39,776 nucleotides of DNA from Diploschistes diacapsis (taxonomy: Eukaryota), in the NCBI GenBank assembly GCA_023645945.1, contig JALAIB010000053.1, forward strand, positions 1 to 39,776, read 5' to 3'. The first letter of the stretch is position 1. Each line of letters begins with the position of its first letter. The position numbers and the translations under genes were made by a program. The notes beneath the pieces were generated by a model. The model worked only from the letters and a program-made list of their open reading frames with translations. It searched no databases and was not told the origin of the DNA. This document shows positions 11,299-23,382 of this stretch, piece by piece.

Positions 11299-13167
11299 AT
11301 GCCTTCTCCTCCCATGATCCGAGATTCAGATGATGAGGATAGCTTGAGTCCCGAGAAGCTGCCTATCATTGAGCTCGCGCCAAACGAAAGTTTCTTTAAT
11401 GGCATTGAAGGTTCTGCAGATGTAGACGAGGAACGGAACATGTCCACAGCAACATCTGACGCATTAACAGGTATGCAAAACAGGATACATACGACGTGAG
11501 AATAAGTCATTGACTTATGGGTAGTAGTATCTTATGACGCCTGTTCTCCACAAGTAGAAGTGCTTTCACCATCACTTAACCTCAACGACAATAAAAACAC
11601 CAGCCTAGCGGAACTCGGTATAGCTGCGACTTCGCCCAGCATGTCGAAAGTAAGAAGGGCCCAGACGACTATGGAGAGGATGGGAAATAAGAGAGCCAAG
11701 ACGTATGGTAGCAAGACAACGCTCGATGATCTTGATCTCAATCGCTCTGTCTACGAAGGTAGCTGGGAGAAGGACGCGGTGGAAGATGCACTTGATTTTC
11801 TGGGTGAACCGAAAAGAAAGAAGATGAAAGGTGGGCACGACACCGAAAATGAAGGGCCCTCAAGCTTAGGCTTGCAAGCGAGCCCGCCGCGAGACGGTCC
11901 AACGGATGGCGCAGGCAGAGCTGATTTGCACTCGAATCCAAGGATTGCAGAGCACACTGGAACCACAAATCCCCACGCTGGAAACGTTGATGAGCAGCCT
12001 CAACAAGGCATCGCAACGACAGAACCTTTGACTGATCAAGCATCTTCTAACCAATATGTCACTGACCAAGATCAACCTGCGGAGATTCCAGCAGACCACG
12101 CAGGAGGGACAGAGGTTGAAGTATCGGTTATATTGCCCTTTGCTACAGTTGTACACCATCAAATTGACGAGCTCGCACGAGACAGCCAGAGCCAGGAGGA
12201 TCAAGACGAGCTTGCGGGACCGGCTGAGAGGGTAACGCCGACATGTGTCCAAGACAAACCATCCAAACCATCGCGCAAGGACAAGAAACGGAAATCAACC
12301 AGCGGCGACCAGGAGACTTTCGATCCATGGGCTGACGATCCTGAGCTCCCTCAGGAGCATTATAAACCACGACGCAGCCGATTCCGCGGCGGTGACGTGG
12401 ACGAACTTATGGAAGCAATTGACTTCTCCAAACGACCCGAAGCGGCTTTCAGAACCACCAAGAAATCCAAGATCAGCCGGCGCAAGACAACAGGGGGCGC
12501 AGTAGTTGTTCATCTGGATGACAAAGAAGGCGATCTATTTGATGATGTTGAAGAGAAGCCGTTCGAACCCGCTAAGAGCCGGGCGTCAAAGACACCTATC
12601 CCATCGGTTGAAGAAGATGATGATGACGTGAAAGAAGATGGAAAGCCAGACCTAGACCTACCAAAACGGAAAAGAGGACGTCCAAAAAAGCAGGCGGCGC
12701 AAGAACCGCCTTCGGAGGCTGACGGTCCAACGATCGACGAGGCGAAGGCCAGCGAGGCAGCAGGTGCCGCCTCGGAACGCAAAGCCAACAAAAGGAAAAA
12801 GAAGAAAGAATCAACTCCCTCCGAGGTTGAGGACGGCGAAGATGCAGAAGAGGGAATGCAAGACGACGAAGAGCTCTCCACGGAAGCTGAAAAGCTCCAC
12901 CAGCCTGATTCCCCATCGAAGCTCGAACTTAGAGCACGACACGACCCCTCCACCCCCTCTCCGCAGAAAGCCGCTCCGGAGCCGCTTGCCGACAAGACGA
13001 ACATCGTCGTCGCCGTGCCAGACGGAGCGAGCGCAGAGACTCCGGGAAGAGAAAAGGAGAAAGTGCCCGCGCGGCACAGCCCGCTCAGTGGCAGCACGGT
13101 GCGATACCGAGTCGGGTTAAGCCGGAGAGCGAGGATTGAGCCGCTGCTGAGGATCGTGAAGAAGTAG
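11299..13167 (+). CDS. AT-hook domain-containing, low-complexity nuclear protein, 2 exons
   Basis: Exon 11299-11470 and intron GTATGC..TAG (to 11524 or 11527) join in frame to ORF 11560..13167. AT-hook KRKRGRPKK, segment LPQEHYKPRRSR and C-terminus YRVGLSRRARIEPLLRIVKK. Confidence 0.85.
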
Positions 13168-14217
13168 TGTTGCAATAGTGTGGTCTGAAATGTGTAGTAA
13201 AAAGAGGGGGAGAGAGAAGGGGTGCAGGCAGAGGGGCATGAAGAGGCTTGAACGTTGGCAGGAAGCGGAAGAGTACGAGAAGGAGGAGGAGGAGGAGGCT
13301 ATGCACGCTGTCCCGCCAAATTTCGGGTACGAAGTAACGATGATCCCCACCGTTCTGCTGGCGACGGTTACGCCGCATCGCTGTATGTTATATTTTTTTT
13401 TTTATATTGCTCGAAGCAAGCAGAGTCATGACGAGCCAGCACGCTCCAGCCGAGTAGAGAAGAGCCGGCGCCGTGGTGACAAGCGCATATACTGGCACGG
13501 GACATCAAGAGGATTATTTAGCTCGAGGTAATATATGCTTGACCCGCCCTCATGCTTTGAATCACGCTCCATAAACTACCGTCCGCCCCGCCCACCCCCC
13601 ATCCCCGTTCACCAAGTCCTTCGCATAATCTCGCGGAAAACGTGGACAAGGCCCTCTTCAATCCTTCACATGCTCCCCGCTACAGCCATAACATAGCGCG
13701 CAATTGCGCTCGAGCCCGTCGCTTTCCTTTGCGTAGCTAGGTATGGCGAATGGCGAATGGCGATAGCAATAGCGGAGCTTGCGGAGTGGTGTGTAGTGGG
13801 GTGCAGTGGGTGGAGGTAGCCTGAGAGCAAGCAAGGGCAGGGCAGGGTGGTGGTGGTAGGTACCGGGCAGGAAGGAACGGTGGAGGGGCGGAAAATGAGG
13901 TGTTGGGGACTTTTGTTTCTGCTGGTGGGGGGTGATGATGTGCGAGGTTGCGAGGGAGGGAGGTTTGGGCGTTGGTAGCGGAGAAAAATGGGGAGATGGG
14001 AGTGGGCATTTTCTCCATGCTTTCCGGGATTTGTCTTCTATGCTTGGCACAATGCTTTCCTGAATTTTGGGTGCGGGAGATGCAGGGACGAACTCAGCCA
14101 AAAGAAAACGCCGCGGCAAACAACACCTTCTATCCATCGCGAGAACCAGCAAGTCGGCTACTCCAATATTCGTTCCATCCTCGCTAAGACAATAGGTGTC
14201 GTCGCCCTTTGGGGGTC

Positions 14218-17200
14218 TCATTCCAGCCCAACGCCCGCCTCCATAACCCCTCGCCCAAAAAACTCGGCGACAGTGCCCAGGCCGTCCCTGCTCCTAGCCA
14301 GGGCATCCAGAAAGAGTTCATGCTTGCCCGCATGCTCCTTCTGCGTCCTGCGAATGGTCTTTAGCGTCTCGTTCTGCTTCTCGCATATCGGGCACTGCAG
14401 CTCCGACGCCATGTCCGCGCCTTCGTCCTCTGCACAGAAATCCCGCGTGCGCGAGCGGGCAGGGGCGTTGAGGCAGCGCTGGTGGAAGGAGTGCTTGCAG
14501 AGGAAGTGGACCGTTGGCAGATCCAGCGACGCGCCACAGCTTGCGCAGCGGCGGGAGTTGAAGACGCTTGGCTTGCTGGCTAGCGAAGTCAGCTCTTCGC
14601 GCTTCGAGGCGGTCGAGTTGCGGTATGTCAGAGCGATTTGGCGGTTCTGGGGGAGCAGGTCAGCAACCCTCGAGGAACAGTCTTCAAACGCTTACGTTCT
14701 CAATTTCCTTCCGTTCCCGCTCGATCGTGTCGGCGAGATATTTCTTGATCAGACCCATTTTCGCTACGCCGTTCACGCCGAGAGTTTGTATGACCTGTAG
14801 TGGTGCCATCAAGCCATCCGCGTCAATTTTTTTGAGGACCGCATCGACTTCGTCGCCCGCTTCTTGCAGGACTTTATCGCTCGAAGTGAAATAGGCAAGG
14901 GCTGCAGGGTACAGGGCCGGCTCTTCCGGTCCGTACTTCCTCAGAGCTTTGATCGCACCAGCAGTGTCTTGAGCAGATGTGTACGATCTGAATATGTCGA
15001 AGCGCAGGCCTTCGCGCTCGCGCACGAGGATAGTGCCATCCTCATATGACGAAAGGTGAGATAGCAGCAACACATTGGACGTGTCGATTGGTACCTGATC
15101 GAGGTTAGACAATTGTCCTTACGGAGGTCAAGCCTTGGTCCTACCGATTTGTTATTGATGATTTTCCTCGCTTTGCCTTCCCACTCGCCCTTTTCGGAGC
15201 CTATTTTGTGACTAGCAATGTCCAAGTACATCTCGAAAAGAGCAGTGTAGAGATCCGCTGTGTCAGACTCTTCAGGTTGTTCCTGCCCAAGACATGCTTC
15301 AAGAAAGACTATGAACTCATCGGGATGGTCCACAAACGCAGAGAAAGCTGTTCGAGGTTTTGGGATATTATACTGAAGAGGAGGTTCACTCGAAGCAGCT
15401 TCGGAAGCATCGGTAGTTTCTCCTCTGGCAGATTGCGCGCCTGCAGCAGCAGAAAAGCCTGGTTGACTCTGCCTGTAGGCCAAGGGTATGTACGACGTTA
15501 TGGTGGATAGCCCTATGCCTACTCCGGTTTGCCGCGAAGGGGATGCTAGGAGTGGTTGGTCTTTTTTGGGTCGATATTGACCCGTGTAGTAATCGATAAA
15601 AAGCTGGGTGGCGTCTTTGGGACAGTGCTCTAGGAGCACCCGTGCATACTTCATTAGGTTCTGGTACGCCAGATGGGGTTCCAGGCGCCAGAGGTAATCC
15701 AGTGCCTCGTCATATTTCTTTGAGTCCTCAATTAGTACATCGACTACGATCTCATGCTCTCCGTGCTTTCTTGCAAGGAACACTGCTTGATCGTAATACC
15801 CGCCTTGACGGCACATAGAAATGGCCGTATCAAAGTCGAAATTATAATTAGAGTTGATAAATATTTCAAGCTTTTTCGTGTCCTTAAGCTTGGCATAGCA
15901 ATTTAAAAGTAGGGTTGTATGGTCGACCGTGGCCTTGTCGTGCTCGTGGAGCTCTTCGAGATATTCTATTAGATTGTGTATTCGCTGCGTATCGAGAAAC
16001 TGGAATTCGTGAGTATGCTACTAGGAGCGAAATCTGGGAAACTGTTACCTTTCTGATAACCTGGGATGGTTCAGTATTGTCAATTGCTTTGAGATATTGT
16101 TGCATGGCAGTGTCATAATCGCCTCGCTGATAGAGATAGTCTCCATACTTGCGGAGGATGATGTTGCGCTGAGACACGTCGAGTTTTGATTTTTGGGCGA
16201 AATTGATCGCTAGGACGTAGAGATTTCTCTCGGTGAAGATTTCCAATTTCTGCTGCAAGGATTTTTCACGATAGCGAAAAAGCTGACTTGTCAGTCAGGC
16301 CAGAACGAACGGTGTCACGGCGTACCTTGCCATCAATAGTCAAGAGAAATAGATCCCCCCATTCTATAAAGACTGTCTTGACCTGAGCCATAATGGGCTC
16401 GGTGTGGGCCACATATTGAAGGTCCATATCTAGAACAGCGAACGTTGACGTGGAAAAGATATCGTCGGGTTGACGGCCACCAAATAATCGTAAACCGGTT
16501 GATTTGCTCTTGCTAGGTGCTTGCGGAGGCGACACGATAATTACATACTGTTTGAACGTCCTGACAAGCTGTTTAGGACCTTCATAGGCATAAGATGGAC
16601 CCCGCCCGTTCAAGCCATAGTAGTAGACCCTGTCGTCCCGGACCACCACTATCTCTCGACTGTCCCTGTCAAAGGTCATACAGTCAACACCACATCCCAT
16701 ATCCTCTAGTGGTTTTGCGGGCTGTCCTTGACCCTTTCCTGATATGGTCAAGGTCAAGATACGGCCTGTCGTTGCGAGATATAGAACCGTAGTACCAGTC
16801 CCCTCACGAAATTCCACGCCCGTAATGGGTTCCTCGGACTCGAATACTGTCCGTTGCTTCGCACCCCGGTCGTGGATCAGATCGCCTCGTACTACCGTAA
16901 CAGCACCATTACCAAATCCCACAGCAAGCTGCGATAGGTCATCCAGCGCCGCAAAAGCCGAGATCTGCGCCAATGTTAGCCGTGAGCCCGCTAGGAACGA
17001 ATGCAGCCTACAGGAAACGGGCGTCGGCCATTCTGTATACTGATGCTGCTCAAGCATTTTGGGATTCCGGTTTTCTTCTCAATCTTGTCCAGAGCCCATA
17101 CTTTGAGCTGCGGTTCATGTGGCAGGTTCTCGGCTATTGTAACCAATATAGCAGTTCCTTCAATCTGTTTCATGTGATTGATAGCTCCAGCATCCGCTTC

Positions 17201-17444
17201 GTACGCCGTGAAAGTTCGCACAAGTTTGAAGCCCGACGAGAGTATGTGGACACGGCCATCCTGAGTACCGAGGAATAGTGATTCGGAGCCTGAAGTGATG
17301 GAAGCTAAGGACGAAGTATCGAACAATGATGGGTCGGGCAAAGGCACCTCGGAAATGTCGAAAAAGCTGAATACTTTCCACTGCAACCCGTCAGTAAACG
17401 GAGCGCCAGTTATGTCCACTTATTCCGACCGACGTCAAAGCCAT
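14218..17444 (-). CDS. VPS11: Vacuolar protein sorting 11 (HOPS/CORVET core subunit, Pep5), 7 exons, about 979 aa
   Basis: Exons 17444-17430, 17380-17012, 16964-16326, 16282-16049, 15999-15145, 15094-14696 and 14646-14218 splice in frame. MALTSWKVFSFF start, beta-propeller region, clathrin-repeat region (KYGDYLY..AMQQYL; HTTLLLNCYAKLKD), RING CASC..HFLCKHSFHQRC..CPIC, end AEFFGRGVM. Confidence 0.97.
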
Positions 17445-18054
17445 TGTATGTCAAGGTGACCACCTGGATCCATAGAGCTGTTGCTCATTTTTCGAGGGTT
17501 GAACATCGCCGGCGGAGTGCAGCGATTGGGCAAGTTTGATCAATACGCCAAGACTTTGTGCCGGTTATTCTGACCGTTATCTATCTTGGCGGTATGTATA
17601 CACAGGTAGTTGGCGTAATTAGTGGCTGGAATAGCAAGCATTTGGGGAGGATTTTGGGGGAGAGAAAGCGCAATATTAAAATGTAAAGGACCAATAGGCC
17701 GAGACAGATAGCCTTGTGGTTTTAGCACTTTATATGCACGCAAAGAGCCCCTGGGTCCTCACTACAGATTTGTAGAGCAGGAGCAAGGGATTCCTGAGCC
17801 AGTAGCAAGGGGCAGCATATCACAGTATGGAGCATATCATACTCCTGCCAGTTACTAATTGCATTCATTCGAGATTAACAGATCAGATCGACTGAGCCCT
17901 CCACGTCCCATAGACAGTGACTGCTGCTTTATGGATTCACCGAGACGTTCTAGGGAGGTTTCCGGGAGGAGTGTGCTTTCTACCGGCCGTTTCCCTTCAT
18001 GTTCCATTATTTCCTGCTGTTTCTCAATCATATCGCCTGATTTTTGAATTTCAG

Positions 18055-19167
18055 CTAACGCGCTTCGCCCGGTAGATAATTCACCCTCGCAGAATCCTCC
18101 TCACTGCGCTTGTCAGACGCCCTCTCATGCAGCTCAGACATCTCCTCCGCATCATCCTCAGCCAGCTTTTCCAAGGACTCCGTGCCCCTCTGGCTCGCCT
18201 CTGGCCGATCCCTGCTCGCCTTGCCAATCGGCCCCGCAATGCCAGCGTTGCGGTCTTGCGAAGCCTTACTGGCGCCGACGCGCGAGCGTATAGACTGTAG
18301 CGACAGGACGCTGCGGACGCCAGCAAGGATACTCTCCGGCCTAACCTTGTGCCTAATCCACCAGAGCGACGGAAGGTTGACGGCGATGAGGGCGAAGCCG
18401 GCCTCGAGCGTCCAGATGAAGTAGGAGCTCGTGTTGATCTGGGTCTTGTCCGTTGAGTGGCCATACAGTTGCCGGTAGGTAATGCCTAGGCGGGCAGCGA
18501 CGGCGCCGAACGAGACGAAGGCGGTCAGGAAAATGAAGAGGACGGCCACGCGCCGCTTCCAAGTTATCCTGAGCGTTAGGATGCAGGGGACTGGGAGGGC
18601 GATGACCCAGATCTCGAGTATCAGGTCCGAAATGGAGACGCCCAGTCCGAGCTTGGCGCCCATCGTGCACTTTGTCGCGCGGACGGCGGGCGACGCTGCC
18701 CATACGCTTAAGTCGGGGCCGCACTGGAGCGGAGGCAAAATGATGAAGGCTGCCATCCAGAGAGCGACAATGCCGATTGTGACGTGGAGTATGCTCCTGA
18801 AAGTCGGAGAGTGTCCACGTAGGGCAAAGATGCGGCGGTAGAAGAGTAGGGCGCTGATGCGAGTGAATCCCAGTGCCGCCGTCGAGAAAAGATCCATTGC
18901 GACAATGAGAGAGACCTCGACGTAGAATGAAATATGGGCGGCTTCGACCTGCTGGTCTGTAGAGCCCCAATAATGAAGATTGATGCCCAGGAGCATACAT
19001 ACTACCATACCAACAAAGCATACATAGGCCGGCAGTACAATCCAGTCATCAGCACCTAACCTTGCCTGTTGGACGTGTCGGGCATAGAAACGGAGACCGC
19101 AAGCTATTGTTGTGAAGGCGAGGAGGCTGCCGCAAAGGGCCCGGAGCGACCCTATCTGCGACGACAT
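18055..19167 (-). CDS. Pth11-like (fungal rhodopsin-domain) integral membrane protein, intronless
   Basis: Likely start MSSQIGS at 19167. Motifs LRFYAR..LGADDW, RISALLFYRRIF, SDLILEIWVIALPVP, LEAGFALIAVNLPSL; about 7 TM helices; no CFEM domain. Confidence 0.9.
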   Translation of the reverse strand: MSSQIGSLRALCGSLLAFTTIACGLRFYARHVQQARLGADDWIVLPAYVCFVGMVVCMLLGINLHYWGSTDQQVEAAHISFYVEVSLIVAMDLFSTAALGFTRISALLFYRRIFALRGHSPTFRSILHVTIGIVALWMAAFIILPPLQCGPDLSVWAASPAVRATKCTMGAKLGLGVSISDLILEIWVIALPVPCILTLRITWKRRVAVLFIFLTAFVSFGAVAARLGITYRQLYGHSTDKTQINTSSYFIWTLEAGFALIAVNLPSLWWIRHKVRPESILAGVRSVLSLQSIRSRVGASKASQDRNAGIAGPIGKASRDRPEASQRGTESLEKLAEDDAEEMSELHERASDKRSEEDSARVNYLPGEAR

Positions 19168-20757
19168 TGCGTCTGAGGATGATATCGTGGATAAGTCAAC
19201 TGCAAAGGATAGTATCGCTGACCAGAATGCGAACGATGTAGATAAAAATCGGGATATATCCCACAAATGCCTTTCATCGAGGGGGTATTCAATCCACAAG
19301 CCTAACCAAGCAGCACCATGGCAGAGTCTGAGGGTGCGAACCTACAAGGCAGGTATATTGTGATTCCGAAGGCCCAAACCAGGTAAGAACAACAGTAATC
19401 ATGATGGAGCTGGGAGCCTCAGGAACGATAGGCTATTCCCATGTATTAGTATGGAGAAGTAGGCAAGTTAGGAGAGCATCTGCGGTAGAACCGGCTCGGA
19501 AGACAGCATTTGGTTTCCTCTCGCAGGGAGGGCAGGCTGAAGTCCCTGAGCTGAGGTCTAGGACGGATGATATTCACCCCGTCTAAGACGATCCCATGTA
19601 GTCAGCAAAGAGCGCCAGTCTATGTGTGCAAAAGTCACCATCCAAAAGAGAACACCTGCAGCCCTCCATTTCAATCCCATGCTGTGTGCCCCGACCATCT
19701 TCGTACCGAAAAGGCGGTATGGGTATGACGGATGCTACCCACACACAGTCGCTTGCGCAATGGCTTGGTTACACGATCTGAGGTAGGCAACTCGGTTTCT
19801 TCCATTCGAGCGAGAAGTCAGTGCATTGTCTCCTTCTCTATTGTGAATAGGTAGTGTAACAAGCATGGCGGGCAGAAGTTGGTTACTACGAGAAAGATTA
19901 AATGCTGGTGGCGAGCGGAGCATTCCTTCCCGGCCCTAAGGGCCAGTAACCTACCACGGTAAAAGCGCGAACATAGGCTTTAAAAAGTAACCACAGTGCA
20001 CCAGTTCAGATTTAGTTTGCGTTGCTACTTCGCACAGAGACGTATGCAGCAGCTCTCTTCTTCCTCCTTTCTTGCTGCAGAAAAGCCTGGGTTTTGTGGC
20101 GCAAACTCCAGCGACACCGAGGTCCGCCGTCAAAGTCCGTTGCAGGCATCCATCTCCTCCCCCTTGCCGACGGCGTTTAGGAGGTCAGGTACCCCTGGCA
20201 TAATATAGAGAACTGAAATTTATCGGAAATAAGCCAAACTAGCCCGCACGGATGGGGCCCCTGATCGCGTTCGTGGACTTGTTCGGTATGCTGGGTGAGC
20301 ATCTCACCGCCATTACGAGTCTCGAAAAGCCCGGAGCTTCCACGGACTCAGAGGGCGTACTACATGCAGATGAATACCGGTGTCGCCCACCTGTCGCCTG
20401 AAATGGTGGTGTACGAGCCCTGTGCAACCACAGGTCCGGGACACAAAGGCAGCGAGGCAATCGAAAGGCTATAGGCCGACAAATACAGAGTTACAGTAGA
20501 TGCTGGGTTTTCGGCATAGGCTGCTGCTGCTGCTACTGCTGCCTATCCTGCCTCTTTGCCTCCTCCAAAAGTACCCCCAGAACTATATATCTTGGATACC
20601 GGAATCCGCCTCCAGTCCCTGTCGCCGACCCTGACTTTCTCCCCGTCATCTCCGCTTATCCTGGCATAAAGCATCACGCAAGTGACCCGCATCAAAAGCT
20701 CAGACGGACCGAACGGCGCCTTCTCCTCCACAGCACACTCTCAAGCAACCGCCGAAT

Positions 20758-20945
20758 ATGAAGATCACTATCGCCTTCCTCTTTGCCCTGGCCTTGGCCG
20801 TCGCAGCTCCTATTGCCGATTTCGACATATGTTCGCTTGGCCCCCGTGTATCCCTGTGTAGTGGATCATGCTAACGAGTGAATATCTAGCTGAACTTCAA
20901 GACGCGGGTCTTACCGGCCTCGTGGAAGCTCACAACAACGATTAA
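20758..20945 (+). CDS. Tiny secreted peptide (42 aa), candidate RiPP precursor, 2 exons
   Basis: join(20758..20830,20890..20945), intron GTTCGC..GCTAAC..TAG. Product MKITIAFLFALALAVAAPIADFDISELQDAGLTGLVEAHNND*. Clear signal peptide, C/G-ending codon bias, and an upstream TATA-like element near 20584 with a pyrimidine-rich leader. Confidence 0.72.
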
Positions 20946-21252
20946 ATTGGAAATGGGATGGGACGGGATGGGACGGGATGGCAGTACGGAGATAGGCTCT
21001 GACGATTTTCCTGGCCGGTCTTGCTCTGGCTGGCGTAATGCGATGGCGTATATGGGTATAGCGGAAAGTCGCGGATAGAGGCATCTGGCGCATGAGTTAA
21101 GGGTAACAGGGGCTTCAGGGCGTGTATTCTAACTTGAGCAATATAAGTTCGGTCATTATCTATCACCCGTTGGTTGGCGGTTGTTGATCTCTGGGATAGC
21201 TGAACAAATGCTCTGATGATTTCTACTGTTATTAAAGATCGTTAAGCTTCTC

Positions 21253-22204
21253 CTACCACAGAACTCTCCCATCAGGGCACGACTTGTACCTATCTTCCTC
21301 CTTGAAGCCAGGGGTATCGCCAGGTATCCAACCATAGCACGCCGAATTCTGACTGGCCCACTGCGTCAACTTCTCCCAGCTCCTGCACTGGCGAGACTGG
21401 CCCATGCCGGCGAACGGCTCTTCCATGTCCGCCTGATCGTGCAGCCGACCCGTGTATCTCGGTGTGTCGTCGGCATGGCACATGACGAACTGTCGCAGGC
21501 CGTCGATGCAGTGATGCAGGTGTTTCCAGCTGACGGTGAAGGGCCTCCCCTCTTCAGCTTCGATGGCTGTCTTGCGCAGGTATTTCTATCAGATCCAGTC
21601 AGCTTGAGATAGACGGCCCATCCGCATCGAGGCCGAAAAAAGCCAGATCAGTTGGCAAGCTTTGGGTAACCCCTACCACGCAGTGCAGAGCATGTAGGCC
21701 CTCGATGAAATATATACCCTTGGACTCGTCCCAAGGCCAGCGTTGGGAGCTGGGTAAGCCAACTGACTCTGCGTATGAGTCGGGCAGTGCCACGATTGCA
21801 TCGCGTAGGTTGAACCCCCGTTGCTCGCTCCAGGCTGAGTCCTCTTCAGTCTGGTTCCGGGCGTTTCCATCGTACCATGGGCTCTTCCAAGACCATGTGA
21901 TGGGTGTGTCGTACACTAACGCGGCTGTAAGGACTTGTAAGCAGAGAGACGACAGCTTTATCCCATAGATCAAAGTACCATATGGTGTTTCTTGGGAGTA
22001 ATGAAGCTTCGGCTGGAGATATAGAAATCGTGTGACAACGAATACGTTGAGAGCTAACGAGCCAAGGAGCAGCACTGCAAGAAGGTATATGTAGGAACCG
22101 CGGTTTGGTGGACTGTGCAGAGGCTTGTGGTCGTTCTCATCCTCCTTATAGTCGTGTTCATTGGAAGACCTTTCGCTTAGGAGTTGGTACCTCGAGAGGG
22201 ACAT
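21253..22204 (-). CDS. UstYa-family (DUF3328) oxidase, 3 exons, 268 aa
   Basis: Exons 22204-21979, 21924-21677 and 21585-21253 (807 nt). N-terminal TM helix, twin HxxHC motifs (EGLHALHCV; KHLHHCIDGLRQFVMCHADDTP) and downstream RQCRSWEKL..W. Confidence 0.95.
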
Positions 22205-22956
22205 GGTCCAAAATGTACATAACAAAAGGATCTGCAGCGATCGTAAGGATATGATAGACGGCAAGAGCCTCCAAAGGCCGGGATCGCAAGATAGGAGAAT
22301 CCAACCAGATATGACAGGAAAGAATCAGAATCAGAATCAGATAGGATAAAGGAACGACTGATTTGCAAGCTCGTTCTAGATTACCACCATAGCAGCATCT
22401 GATGACAACCACACCGCTTGCGCCTCTTTTTGCCCGAGCACATAGATCAACTCCTACAGGCAACTCTTAAGTCTGCTCATCCCCATCGCGGATACTCGGC
22501 CGTAATCAGAATGAGAGGACAAGCCGGTGGCACAACAATCGCATGAATAACCTTCTGCCTCGCGCCTCGTTTGTGCTCTCTGTGCGTCTATATAGGTATC
22601 GAGTACAAAGTTACTTCCTCTCCGCCTGACTACTGCTGACGGTCAGCACCCCTGGTGTTTTCCGAGGCATCACGACTGAAAGTGGCAGACTCCCCGAAAC
22701 TCATTACAGGGGGACAAAAGGCTGCATAGGAGACGGCTAACTTGCAGAGGAGGGTCGTGCATGGAGTAATGGATGAACTGTATCGTTATTTAATCACTTA
22801 GGATCTTCGCTTGTGTATGCTTTTGAGATGGGAATTTACAAGCGAAATGGGTCCTCAGGCTAGATAGAGCCTTGCCGACGAGCTTGCCTAAGACGTAGCA
22901 TTTCCTCGTGGGACTGCCTGTGATGCTGCAATGGTGCAAGCTGCCACACCACCCGG

Positions 22957-22992
22957 CGTAGATCACGTAGATCACGTAGATCACGTAGATCA
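22957..22992. repeat. Tandem repeat (CGTAGATCA)x4
   Basis: Four perfect 9-bp units in the divergent intergenic region between the UstYa and amidohydrolase genes. Confidence 0.95.
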
Positions 22993-23382
22993 CTCTCACC
23001 TCCTTAGTTCTATACGTTATAATTGAGGAAGGCCGGGCCCGCAAAATGTTGATGAGACAAGACATCGAGCCTTTTAGTTGGTATCGATTAAGGCAGTAAG
23101 AGCACGTTGCAGCCTTTCAAGTATAGTAGTATCTTACACAATCGCTGGCCGCTTACCGTGAGGCGTTTTTGGATATCACGATTCGATTACTTCCAGTATC
23201 ACTACTCATGGTACAGCGAAAGTGTTGAAGTTGTTGATGATCCCAAGTGCTCCACGGTCGGTCGTCGAAGTCCACACAAGCAAAAGAGCGACAAGCGATA
23301 GGTTTATCACGCCGATACCCAAACTTTGCCACCTGTTGACTTGAACCAAACCGAACAAAACGCAAGATTTACCGCCTCGACT

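Noticed and set aside
12510..13175. 221-aa Ser-rich minus-strand ORF
   Set aside because: Antisense shadow of the acidic/basic AT-hook gene.
13658..14800. 187-aa (-) and 270-aa (+) ORFs
   Set aside because: They are low-complexity sequence downstream of VPS11 and the antisense of its last exons; no family features.
18353..19021. 222-aa alternate-frame ORF within the Pth11-like gene
   Set aside because: GC-rich off-frame artefact.
20953..21060. GGGAT/GGGAC pentamer run and a hydrophobic stretch (ALTIFLAGLALAG) after the peptide gene
   Set aside because: Preceded by an in-frame stop, with no signal-peptide start. Probably 3' UTR rather than a second precursor or repeated core.
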